A stretch of DNA of 64,000 nt from Octopus vulgaris (Eukaryota). Made by a program: the position numbers and the translations under genes. Where the stretch lies: NCBI GenBank assembly GCA_951406725.2, contig OX597819.1:109120001-109184000 (forward strand). Reading direction: 5' to 3'. This document shows positions 13,433 through 25,430 of the stretch, in pieces (within the stretch, counting starts at the first letter, position 1; every line of letters begins with the position of its first letter). The notes beneath the pieces were generated by a model. It was not told the origin of the DNA, did no database searches, and saw only the letters and a program-made list of their open reading frames with translations.

Positions 13433-15444
13433 CTATAAATGCAGATAAGAGAGAGAGAGAGAGAGACATTACATAGAGGGAGAGGCAGAAACCTGTTACA
13501 GAGAGAGAGAGAAATTAGAGATGAATGTGAGCATTAACAGAATAACAGAGAAGGAAAGAGTTCTGTAATACAAAGAGTAAAAGAAAGTAATCATTATCAA
13601 TGTAAAAATGGAGACGAAAAGTGAACTTTCCTTTATGTCCCCGCTAAGTTATAGTAACATAAACAAGCTAACACCTGGTGTCAAATGGTGATGGGAGACA
13701 AACACAAACAGACACATATATTTATATATATACAATGCGCTTCCACACAATTTCCATCTACAAAATTCACTCGCAAGGCACTGGTCAGCCCAGGACTATA
13801 GTAGAAGACACTTGCCCAAGGTACTGTGCAGGAGGACTTAACCCCAAACTATGTCATTGCAGAGCAAGTTCTTAACTACACAGCTATACTTGCACCTATA
13901 TAGATATGTACATATGTGTGTGTATATCTTTATATATAGATATGTACATATAAAGATATACACACACATACACAAAGTACTTTTCTTGTCTGATGGTAGG
14001 AAGTTCTCCTTAGGTAGGGGATTGACCTGAATGTTGCTTGCAACAGAGTGGACAGAAAAAGTCTACTCCTAAATTCTGTGTGTCTGTACGTGTATAGTTG
14101 CTTCTTGTACATAAAATGTGTTGTACCAAGTGACACTATATAGTATAATGTGTGTAGATATGCTTATGTATTTAGTTCAAATAGAACTCTTCATAAAATG
14201 TGTGTTATACTTAGTATTGTTATGTGTGTGTGTGTGTGTGTGTGTGCAAATGTCTCGTGTTGAATATACCAAACCCTTTCATTATTAAACTGCCCCAAAT
14301 TTTTCACTGTCCTAGATTTTCGACCCACCCAGCACCGGTTATAATTTGTTGTTCCTATTTAAATGAGAACATCAATGTTGATCTCATTACTACATTAGGG
14401 ATAACATGTAACCTATCAATATTTGCATGAACAAGACACCAGTGGTGCATTACTATGTAGAACATTGCGATACATTAGAAATGCATGTATTTTTGGCATT
14501 TTATCAAGTGAATCTCTTTGGATTTTTTTCTCCCTTTGATTTTCAAGTATCATAGCAATTAATTGTTTGACATGTGCATAACAATTCAGCGATATCTATA
14601 AATTTATCTACCATTTTTTATAAATAGAAAAAGAAAGCTAGGATTTGGGAAAAATAATCGGAACAATATAAGTGATATCAGGATTTACTGATTCTAAGCA
14701 GAAGAATTATCACATAGTTAATTATTTCACCAATGATTTTGTAAGTGATGTAGGCCTTGCAAAACTTCTTAACTTAGAAGCAAAACTCATTGAGTATTTT
14801 CTTAAATTTTTTCCTGAAGAAATTAGTGTCAAGATGAATAATGAATCTTCAAGATATGTACATCACCAAGGCAATGCAACTTTCTTTGGATCAAGAGAGG
14901 AAAGGAAAACATCTTGGAAAGCTTCAAAGTAACAGAGACTAATGGAACAAATTCATCACCGAGACAATAAATCAATGCCCAGGAATTGATATTTTGTAAA
15001 TATATTTAAAACATTTATGTATAATCAACCTAGCTGGGCAGGTGAACATGGCATGACAACAAGTAAAATCAACAATAAATAAAACCACATTCACAATATA
15101 CACCAACAGTTATATTCTATCAGCAAGTTTCATCCAAATTCATGCATCGTCATCATTTAACATCCATTTTCCATGCTGGCATGGGTTGGACTTATGATTT
15201 TTATACTCTAGTATATAACCTCAACAAGCATCTCTAGTTTCTAACCAGACTGAGAGATTTATATAGAGAAAGCACAATAAGACTTTAAGAGTTAATTCTG
15301 TTAACACACTCTATTGTTTAAAAGTAATTATCTAATTTAATGATTAACGATGAATGCTTGTGGGAAGCTTTAGCTCTTGATCTATGGTACTTAAAACAAA
15401 TATATGAAATAAAATATATAGAAGATAAATAAATACAAACTTAC

Positions 15445-15524
15445 CACTCGACAACTTTCAGTGGTGATGTCATTTTGTAGACACGTGGTTCGAGGGATAG
15501 GTCTGATTGGCACAAGGTCCACAC
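15445..15524 (-). CDS. FTSJ3: FTSJ3 exon 3
   Basis: [27 protein letters not shown]; TTACAG acceptor and GTAAG donor; phase consistent. Confidence 0.93.
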
Positions 15525-16107
15525 CTGTAAGTATAAACAAACATTAGCATATAATCCATACATGTATATACATGCACACACATATCTGAAACCAGTGTAC
15601 CACATCTGGGTGGTCTATATTTCGTCTTTTTTTTTAATGTTCTAGTCAAAAGAAAAGGACAATAATAATGATCCCTGCAGAGTCTAAGATTGATGAGAGC
15701 AATGGGGCTTATGTTTGGACACAGCATCCTCCCTCCTTCGGTTTGCTGATTTGCAAGCTACATAGTAACTTCAATAGTGCCAGTGGCATGAAAAAAGCAC
15801 CCAGTACACTCTGTAAAGTGGTTGGCATTAGGAAGGGCATTCAGCCATAGAAACTATGTCTAAACAGACACCAAGCACAATGCAGTTCTATGTCTCATTG
15901 GATCTTTGTCAAACTGTCCAACCCATGTCACCATGGAACATGGACATCAAATGAACAAGTCTCTAATACAGGCATGTGAAGAGGGAATAACTGATTAAAT
16001 CAACCCTAGCATTTCACTGATGCTCATTTTATTAACCACAAAAGAATTAAAGTTGGCCCAGGCAAATTCCAGCTTAGAATATAAAAGGACACATCTGAAT
16101 CCCTTAA

Positions 16108-16328
16108 CCCTTTAGCATTCAGATCATTCTGACAAATGTAATGTTTATTTATTCATAAGGTTTTGAATTAATCCTGCATTATCACATACTTTTGAGATTT
16201 CCATTAAGTGATGGTTTATTTTTTGAAATGACATTGTAGGGTAGGTGTGAGAAACTGTATCTGGTCAGTTTGAACATAAAACAGGTCCAATATTTGGGCC
16301 GAATATGGCCAGTTTAAATGCTAAAGGA
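16108..16328. mobile_element. piggyBac-like MITE; related copies at about 5325-5535, 12600-12812 and 43466-43675
   Basis: TTAA flanks on both sides; termini CCCTTTAGCATT...AATGCTAAAGGA. Confidence 0.75.
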
Positions 16329-16420
16329 TTAAGACAGTTTGACTGTCACTCTACTGATCCTAACAGTTAGCCATCATTTTGATAATGATTTATTTAATTG
16401 ATAAATAAATAATAACATAC

Positions 16421-16573
16421 CAACAACCAAAGCAGAAACTGGAGTATTTTCAACACATACTTGCAGCCATCCACCTGGAGCTGCACATAAATCAACAACA
16501 ACTCGAGACTTCTGTAAAAACTCAAATTTTCTGTTTAACTGTATGAGCTTGAATGCAGATCGAGCTCTGTAAC
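16421..16573 (-). CDS. FTSJ3: FTSJ3 exon 2
   Basis: [39 protein letters not shown], the FtsJ SAM-binding motif; CAG acceptor and GTATG donor. Confidence 0.95.
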
Positions 16574-17644
16574 CTGGTAAAGAAAGAAAAAAATGAGAAA
16601 AATTAATTAAAACATAAATAAGACATTTTTTTTTTTGTAAATCATTTCTATTTGTTTCAGCCATGCAGGGGCAACACTGGCAAGGGTTTTAATTATATCA
16701 ATTCCATACTTAATCTGGTACGTATCTTATCAATAATCCCTATTTATGAAATGGTTAAGTTTTCCATAGCAATTGGGGAAATAATTCAATACCTAAATCC
16801 AACAAGATACTTTTGTTTGATACACTGATTTACACACACATACAGGTGTGAAAAAAAGGATTATATTTTATTCATATACACAATCGGGTACCTGTGAGAG
16901 CAATTACCACTTATTCAGGAGTTCAAATCTTACAGCTGCAATAACTTTGCCCCCAGAGCTAACAATCTCTTCAATTTCTCTCTCCCCACAGAGATCTATC
17001 ATGATTTTGGTAGCACACTACAGCATGTCCCATCCCTAAGAAAGGTAACTTCTCTGACTCTGCAACTACTGCACTCTCTTGTAATAACTGTAAGGTAATA
17101 GAGACACCCATTAACAACATTGCCCTTCAATAGCTTGAATCACTTTATTTAATGACTGCCAGTAGTTTCTAGAAAACCAAATTGTATTGGTGATCTACTC
17201 TCTTCTGTTACCTGTCAGCGAGCTCTTGCCTTTGAGGAATTTGGTAAAAACAATGTCGTCATCTTTGACATAAAAAAAAACCTTTCCATCATATCTGGCA
17301 TGTAAATCTATTGATATTTTCCACCTCTGGGCTCCACGTATCTTTCTTCTTTTAGATCAGAAGCTTCAACACATTATTGCTGCATATGTTGGCTGTGCTC
17401 TTTCTCTCTTTTATTCTATCAACTCCAGTATGTCCAGAGATCAGTTTTGATCACCACTATCCTCCCCCTACATTCTCCAACCATGCATTGTCTACTTGCA
17501 AATGTCACCAAGGTTGACTTTGCCTTTCATCCTTTCGGGGACGATAAATTAAGTACCAGTTACACACTGAAGTTGATGTAATCTACTAGCCCCCAACCAC
17601 TACCAATTTCAGGCCTTGTACCTACAGTAAAAAGGGTTGTCTAT

Positions 17645-18968
17645 CATCATCGTTTAACGTCCATTTTCCATGCTAGCATGGGTTGGACGGTTCGACCGGG
17701 ATCTGGGAGGCCAGAAGGCTGCACCAGGCTCCAGTCTGATCTGGCAGTGTTTCTACAGCTGGATGCCCTTCCTAACGCCAACCACTCCGTGAGTGTAGTG
17801 GGTGCTTTTTACGTGCCAGACGAGGCTGGCAATGGCCACGATTGGATTGGTGCTTTTTACATGCCAGTGGCACGGAAGCCAGTCAAGGTGGCGCTGGCAT
17901 CGGCCATGTTCAGATGGTGTTTTTTATGTGCCACCGGCACGGAAGCCAGTCGAGGCGGCGCTGGCATCGGCCACGTTCGGATGGTGCTTTTTACGTGCCA
18001 CCAGTACAGGGATCACAACTACAATTTCCATTGATTTTTGATGTTGATGTACTTGACTCAATAGGTCTCTTCAACCACAGGGTCGAAACAGTGTTTCTTT
18101 ACATGCCACCTTCACAGGAGTTAGTCCAGCGGCACTGGCAACTGCCGAGTGCCAGTCATAGGATTGGTTCAATTTCGATTCCAATTTCACTTGCCCCAAC
18201 AGGTCTTCACAAGCAGAGTTTAGTGTCCAATGAAGGGAGGTTGGCATGGGTGCCAGTCGTCGGATGAGGTTCGATTTTGAATTCAATTTCGACTTCACTT
18301 GCCTCAACAGGTCTTCGCGTGTCCAAGGAAGGAAGACATGCATAAGTGGGTTGGCTACATCCCTGGCAAAGGACACGGGATGGACTCACTTGTCCTGCCG
18401 GGTCTTCTCAAGCACAGCATATTTCCAAAGGTCTCGGTCACTAGTCATTGCCTTGGTGAGGCCTAATGTTCGAAGGTCATGCTTCACCACTTCGTCCCAG
18501 GTTTTCCTGGGTCTACCTCTTCCACGGGTTCCCTTAACCGCTAGGGATTGGCACTTTTTCACACACCTATCTTCATCCATTCTCGCTACATGACCATACC
18601 AGCACAATCGTCTCTCTTGCACACTACAGCTGATGCTTCATAGATCCAACTTTTCTCTCAAGGTACTTACACTCTCTCGAGTATGTACACTGACATTACA
18701 CATCCATCAGAGTATACTGGCTTCATTCCTCGTGAGCTTATGCATCTCCTCAGCAGTCACAGCCCATGTTTCACTGCCATGTAGCATGGCTGTTCGTACA
18801 CATGTGTCATACAGTCTGCCTTTTACTCTGAGCGAAAGGCCTTTTGTCACCAGCAGAGGTAAGAGCTCTCTGAACTTTGCCCAGGCTATTCTTCTAGCAG
18901 TTACACTTTCAGCACACTCAGCCCCGCTATTGACTTGGTCACCTAGGTAACGGAAGCTATCAACTACT
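17645..18968 (-). mobile_element. 5'-truncated RTE-clade LINE in FTSJ3 intron 1
   Basis: RRLCWYGHVARMDEDRCVKKC...GTRGRGRPRKTWDEVV (RTE C-terminus), 3' UTR tandem units and (GAT)n tail; same family as 23472-24813. Confidence 0.9.
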
Positions 18969-21375
18969 TATCACCTGGTTAACTATACGGGTGACTAGGC
19001 TACAGCTGACACTGCCAGATATTTTGAGCATCTCTGCAGTAATTCCTGATGGGCCTGGGGCTTTCCCTGTCTACTTGCAAACTAAACACATACTAACTCC
19101 ATAAAGAATTCTCAAAAGCATCCTTCAATGGGAATATGCCAATTTTATCTCTTTTAACAAGAAACCAGAAATGCCACTCCCATCAAGAAAACATCACACC
19201 ACACTCCCTTAATCATAAGCAGCACTCGAGCCCTTGAAACTGCTCCAATTGTTGGACCTCACTATCACCCAGGATCTCTTCTTGTGAAAGCACAACATTA
19301 ACACAACTAAGTGCGCATCCCAACATCTGGCTCTTTTCTTCAAAGCCAGAAGATACTTCAGGCCCCAACAACTATAAATAATTCCCAAAACTCAGATGAG
19401 GTTCTCAATGGAGTATTGCTCTCACAACTGAGGTGGTGTTGCATACAGAAACACAGAATACCACATCCTGAAAAGGGCATGTTGTCTCCTTTCTTTACCA
19501 CTATAACAGCTTCTGCTTGAGCTCATGCAAGCTCTACTTAGGCATTTCAGCACCACTTGTCTCTCCTCTTCTCATTACCCTTGTATCCAACTCCATTCTC
19601 CCCAGCCCCACACTAATTACTGTGTTTGGCCCTTCTTTCTAAAAATGTCAGCCTCTTGAATTCCTTCCTCCCTACTCATATCTTTTTCTCAGGTGTTAAT
19701 TTACAAAAATTTCAGAGGAACATTAATGGCAAGTCTCACTGGTCTAGGATGCGTGAAGGCCATAAGCACTGCCCTTACATTTGGACCCAACAAATGATGT
19801 CATCCAGAGGCTTTCATCATTAAGTCAACACCATGTTATTATTTAACCCCAAGTCATCCCTGATTCATTGAACCTATGATCAAAGACATTCTCTTTGTGA
19901 CCCCTGTGTTTTTAGGAACATCTAGGATTACATTGTTGAATATGCCCTTGTTTATAAGACAGACAGTAGAATGTGATCATCATCATTATTTAACGTCCGT
20001 TTTCCGTGCTAGCACGGGTTGGACGGTTCGACTGGGGTCTGGGAAGCCAGGGGCTGCACCAGGCTCCAGTCTGATCTGGCAGTGTTTCTACAGCTGGATG
20101 CCCTTCCTAACGCCAACCACTCCGTGAGTGTAGTGGGTGCTTTTACGTGCCACTGGCACAGGTATCACGACTACAGTTTCCATTTGAAAAGGATTTTGTA
20201 GCAGATCCAGTGGTCGAGTAGAGACTCCTTAGCATAGTTTGTCTTCCAATCCCATGTTTGAGTTGGCAATGGCATTGATGCCACTGTGAGGAAAAGCAGG
20301 ACATTAAAGCTAATATCATATTGACCTTATGTTCAGGTATCTGCACAGTTGGAGACTAATCCATTAGCTTCAGATCTGACCTGCTCAGGTAGAGACAACA
20401 GAGTATAGAGGATGTGTGTGTGTGATCAAGTCAGATGAAGGCTCTAAACCAGCAATTGGACCCTTGAGGATCCACATGAGATTTTTGGAGTTCCATGCAA
20501 CAAAAATTGGGGATCCAGAATAGTGTTTCATGGTCGCCTGAAAAAATTTTTGCTTTACATGTATGTAATTGCAAGAAACTGCTAGGTTTCTTTCTCTAGC
20601 ATTTTACATAGTTAAGCTTACACAGGGTAATGTGTGAGTAAAACAAGGAATTTTGAAAGAAGTTTCTATAAAATTAGTTTTTAAACGTCGAATAGCTATG
20701 GGGGTCCACCTCAAAAAAATAATAAAGGGGTCCATAAGAAAACGACACATTGGATCGTGCAGTCCTGTATATATTATTGTCATGGCTGGAGTGTCTTTGA
20801 TCATTTATCATTCAATTAGGCTCATATCACAAGCAATCGGTAATTTAAAAAAAAAAATTTTTTACCAAATAATTGGATCACTTTTCATTTCCATGAAAAC
20901 ATAATAATTTTTAACAAACACCGTACAATATGTTAACAAAAAATTGTTATAGAATCATATTAGACTAGAGATAAAATGGAACCGCTACGTGGATCTGCTT
21001 GAAATAATAGTCAAAGTTTCTTAAAATCATCCCTGCCACCCTAAAAGTAATATCTAAGACTATATCGGATAAAATTATTATTACAAGTATCGGCGAGATA
21101 CTTGTAATGGTGGAAACGCTTTTAATCATAGTTGTGCTCAAATCAGGGTTGACCTGGGGCTCAACAACAACATAAAATTATATTACGATATTTATTGAAA
21201 TCAGGAAATTAGTTACATTAAAATATTGGCGATAAACCTAAAGGTCTTGCTACAGTGCAAGCATGCCACGTGCTTGCTAAAATTATACATGCTGAAAATT
21301 ATATATATTAAGTAACTAAAATACAACGTATGTTTTTCGTGAACAATATAAATAATATTGAAATAGTTCTCTCAC

Positions 21376-21442
21376 CTGTCTCCTTGGCTAGTTGATAAAA
21401 TCGATCTTTACGAGCCTTTCCAACTTTTGCCTTTTTCCCCAT
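21376..21442 (-). CDS. FTSJ3: FTSJ3/SPB1 pre-rRNA 2'-O-methyltransferase, coding exon 1
   Basis: Translates MGKKAKVGKARKDRFYQLAKET(G), the conserved SPB1 N-terminus; donor GTGAG; phase matches the next exon. Confidence 0.95.
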
Positions 21443-21650
21443 CTTTTTCGTTAGTGAAGTAGGTCACTTCACTATATCATAACGATAGGCGGTGTTAGGT
21501 GAAGCACTAGGTTTCCACAGAAAAAAGTTCCGGATGTTAACAGAAATGTTTTAGTGTGTGTTTTGTGGTTAAAACTGATCTCGAATCTTTTCTGTTTTGC
21601 CTTGATTCAACTCTTCATGAAGTCAAAATGAACGTCGGATGTCACCAATA

Positions 21651-22057
21651 GGATCTTTTCGATTTGACCGGCAGTTTTTAAAAATAATTTCCTCATAACT
21701 AAACACTTTTAAACTTCGTATACTGGTAGAATGTGTTTATAAAACATCTTTTTCTCTTGGCTTTATTGAGGAAATTCTATAGTTTGTAAGATATTTGTTG
21801 TTTTTTTCTTCAATTTCTGCAATTTCAACCAATCAATGACGTCTATTGAGGTGAAAACATTCTGTGCCGTATGAATATGTCCCTCGTTTAAGAAACAGAT
21901 TGGGTTTTATTTACATTTCTGAAGAAAAAAATATACCCTCCCCTCCCTAACCCTAAAACAGATTGAAATGCAATAGATCAATACTAGGGTCATAATTATG
22001 GGTGACAATTTCATATGACACCACTAGAAAAAACTGCCGTTCAAACCAAAAAGATCC
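21651..22057. mobile_element. MITE with ~30-bp TIRs and 8-bp TSD (Merlin/MULE-like)
   Basis: GGATCTTTTCGATTTGACCGGCAGTTTT...AAAACTGCCGTTCAAACCAAAAAGATCC; flanks CACCAATA/CACCAATG; second copy at 56080-56482. Confidence 0.88.
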
Positions 22058-23439
22058 CACCAATGTCCCAAAGTGTGCTTGTTGCTTAAATTGATCTATG
22101 ATGATACATTTCGTCGGCTACATATATAATAACTGAAGCAAGCTCACAAAGATTTGACTTGATATTTATTGTGGGATATAATGATATTTGGTGTTAGCTA
22201 ATCACAATGAACAATATTAATAATTGCTGATTGAGAGAAGAGGAAAACTGCTCCAAAAACATAGAAGGTTATCTGTGTGACATCATGCGGTCAGTCCAAA
22301 AATACATGGTCATCTGCGCAAATCATTGAGGGGATCTGTGGCGTCAGAGGTTCGTTGACTGTCTGCCCGCAGTGAGTTAGTCAGTTGCTTTCAAATATGT
22401 GATTAATAGAGCGCAAAAAAAACGGGATTTTATAGGGAACAAGAAGTCATATTTTCAAATAATTGAGAAAACCCTATCACGCCACATCCTCATGCTTGGT
22501 TTATCGACTGATCACTTAAAGCTGCAATGGTTCACTTGAGGTATCTGACTGAGTATCTAGCAGTTAGGTTTCAAATCCTCGCTACACGCTTATTTCATGA
22601 CCATGACAGGAAAACAACAAAATATATATAGTATGTTCATCACTTAAAATTTCCAAATGAATTCTCTGTAAATTATAATTTGAAATGAAAGTTTATTGAC
22701 AGTTAGGTCATGTCAAGTGATGAGTATAACTACAAGGATAGGGGTGGTACAGGAAATGCTTCTATGTTGAATGGAACTTGTCCTGCTACCCAAAATGCTT
22801 ACCTACCCAGCTCCACTACAAATGGAGTGATGTTCAGACACTTAGAGTATAGTTTCCTAAGTTGTAACCACAAAACTCCCACGGAATACTCTCTGGTGAG
22901 GTGACACTGCGTTCAGACCAACATTATGTATAAATGCAAGGTTGAATTTCATTATTATTGCAAGTTTTACATAGGGGCCACTGTAAACTGCATTGCCATG
23001 CATCTGTATAAAAGACAAGATGTGTGTGTATGTGAATGTAATTTATGCATATCCATAAATTAGAACGCATGTCGCTCCAATTTTAGGAGGACATTTGTCA
23101 CAACCCTAGCTGTATTTTCGTCAAATTATTTCCCCCGAGTCACAAGCGAATAGCGGTGAAAATAAATTTTCGACCATAACTTAACAATTTTCACAGCGGA
23201 GAAATCAACCATTGTTTACAAACATGAGTTAAGTCCCCTTCTAGCGACTGTGTAAAGAGAAGGAGAGAGAGAGATAACAGATTTTTTAAATTTCATCTTT
23301 TTACTGAGTGATTGACAGGCAAAAGCAGACAGACAGGTGTTGTTATGTATGTATGTATGTGTGAATGGCTTCAGTCACACACACAAACATGTATGCATAC
23401 AAAACACATGTATGCAATGTGTGTGCGTGTGTGTTGCCC

Positions 23440-23471
<32 letters not shown>

Positions 23472-23476
<5 letters not shown>

Positions 23477-24813
23477 CAAAGGGCCTTAGAGTCAACCTAG
23501 CTAAAACCAAAGTCCTAATAAGTAGGAAGGTAGACAAGTCACAAACGCCTTCAGGTAGATGGCCTTGCTCGATCTGTAGGAAAGGTGTAGGTAGAAACTC
23601 TATAAGATGCACCAAGTGTAAGCTATGGACACATAAGAGGTGCAGCAACGTCAAGGGAAGGCTAACTAGGAAGATAGTTTTTGTATGTGGCAGATGCTCA
23701 GGAGCAATAAACACTGAAAATGCGCAGAGAGCAACTTCCGTCACATTCCAGGGAGAAAAACTAGAAATAGTTGATAGCTTCCGTTACCTAGGTGACCAAG
23801 TCAGTAGCGGGGGCGGGTGTGTTGAAAGTGTAACTGCTAGAGTAAGAATAGCTTGGGCAAAGTTCAGAGAGCTCATACCTCTGCTAGGGACAAAAGGCCT
23901 CTTGCTCAGAGTAAAAGGCAGACTGTATGATGCATGTGTACGAACAGTCATGCTACATGGCAGTGAAACATGGGCCGTGACTGCTGAGGATATGCGTAAG
24001 CTCACAAGAAATGAAGCCAGTATGCTCCGATGGATGTGTAATGTCAGTGTTCATACTCGACAGAGTGTAAGTACCTTGAGAGAGAAGTTGGACCTAAGAA
24101 GCATCAGTTGCGGTGTGCAAGAGAGACGTTTGCGCTGGTATGGTCATGTGGCGAGAATGGATGAAGATAGTTGTGTGAAAAGTGCCACACCCTAGCTGTT
24201 GAGGGAACCTGTGGAAGAGGCAGACCCAGGAAAACCTGGGATGAGGTGGTGAAGCACAACCTTCGAACTTTAGGTCTCACCGAGGAAATGACTAGAGACC
24301 GAGAATTTTGGAAATATGCTGTGCGTGAGAAGACCCGGCAGGACAAGTGAGACCATAACCCATGGCCTCAGTCCACTTATGCATACCTTTCCTTCTTGGG
24401 ACACAAAACTCTACTCGTGAAGACCTGTTGAGGCAAGTGAAAATCAAAATCAAAATCAAAATCAAAAATCAAAATGGATCAACATGAATGGAAATTGTAG
24501 ATGTGATACCAGTGCCGGTGGCACATAAGAGAACCATCCGAATGTGGGCGTTGCCAGCCCCGCCCTGACTGACTTCCGTGCCGGTGGCACGTAAAAAGCA
24601 CCATCCGATCGTGGCCGTTTGCCAGCCTCGCCTGGCACCTGTGCCCGTGGCACGTAAAAAGCACCCACTACACTCATAGAGGTGTTGGCGTTAGAAACAT
24701 TGCCAGATCAGACTGGGCCTGGTGCAGCCTTCTGGCTTCCCAGACCCCAGTTATACCGTCCAACCCATGCCAGCATGGAAAGCGGACGCTAAACGATGAT
24801 GATGATGATGATG
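23472..24813 (+). mobile_element. 5'-truncated RTE-clade LINE (RT C-terminal part, PHD-like finger, 3' UTR)
   Basis: GLRVNLAKTKVL...DSFRYLGD...LLRVKGRLYDACVRTVMLHGSETW...RRLRWYGHV; 1-nt frameshift near 24180; (GAT)n tail; starts after (TA)n. Confidence 0.92.
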
Positions 24814-25030
24814 TATATATATTATGTGAAATAGAAAGATGAATAATCTTGTAGCAGATTAATCAAAAGTTTAACCGATACCTTGGTAGCAAAAATCACA
24901 GCAGAAGACAGCACGGTTGGAGGTACAACCATATGGTGTTGCAACTGTGCGTTGGTGCGGATAATTGAATTTTAATATTATTGGTGAATTGAAGAAATGG
25001 AGCTGAACGAAGATTGAACAGAAATCGTTT

Positions 25031-25123
25031 TATTTCATTCTACACGTGTTTCGAAAGGCACAATTTACCAAAATCCAATTGAATAATGAGACCATATTGT
25101 GTCTTTCTCTTCAGGAAGAAATA
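25031..25123 (-). ncRNA. Type I hammerhead ribozyme in the inverted 5' pLTR copy
   Basis: Reverse-complement copy of 27845-27937, with the core and all stems retained. Confidence 0.85.
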
Positions 25124-25430
25124 GGAAATCCGTTGGAAAAAACAAAAACAGAACAGAGGCGGAGCAAAACAAATCGAACTAGGCTCCTAAGAGCCCATGG
25201 CAAAACTGTTTATCAGTGTATGTTGAGAACTGGTGGTTGAAGATTTTAACGGGTCAGGCAGCGGTCATTCCTGTGGGTGAAGGTGTGTAGATGTTCTTTG
25301 TGACCGGGAATAAAGTTCTGACTATTTAAGGAATATTGGATGTATTATAAGGGGCGAGAAAAAATCTACTTAGAGACATGTGTGTGTTTACTGTGTGTTT
25401 AAAGGAAATAATATTTAAACACGGAATTCA

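Noticed and set aside
14672-14932. 86-aa ORF, possibly a transposase remnant
   Set aside because: No motif I can recognise; it would need a profile search.
1825-21375. Intronic snoRNAs expected in a ribosome-biogenesis host gene
   Set aside because: No convincing C/D or H/ACA arrangement was spotted by eye in a non-exhaustive look; an Infernal/Rfam scan would be needed.
21945-21956. Telomere-like CCCTAACCCTAA (also near 56370 and 46600)
   Set aside because: Only two units, mostly inside MITEs; not an interstitial telomere array.
23365-23471. N-terminal part of the 276-aa ORF
   Set aside because: It is translated (CA/TG/TA)n microsatellite fused by chance to the RTE frame.
25046-25240. Identical 64-aa ORFs at 25046 (+) and 27728 (-)
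   Set aside because: They are a by-product of the inverted repeat, antisense to the ribozyme, with no recognisable protein.
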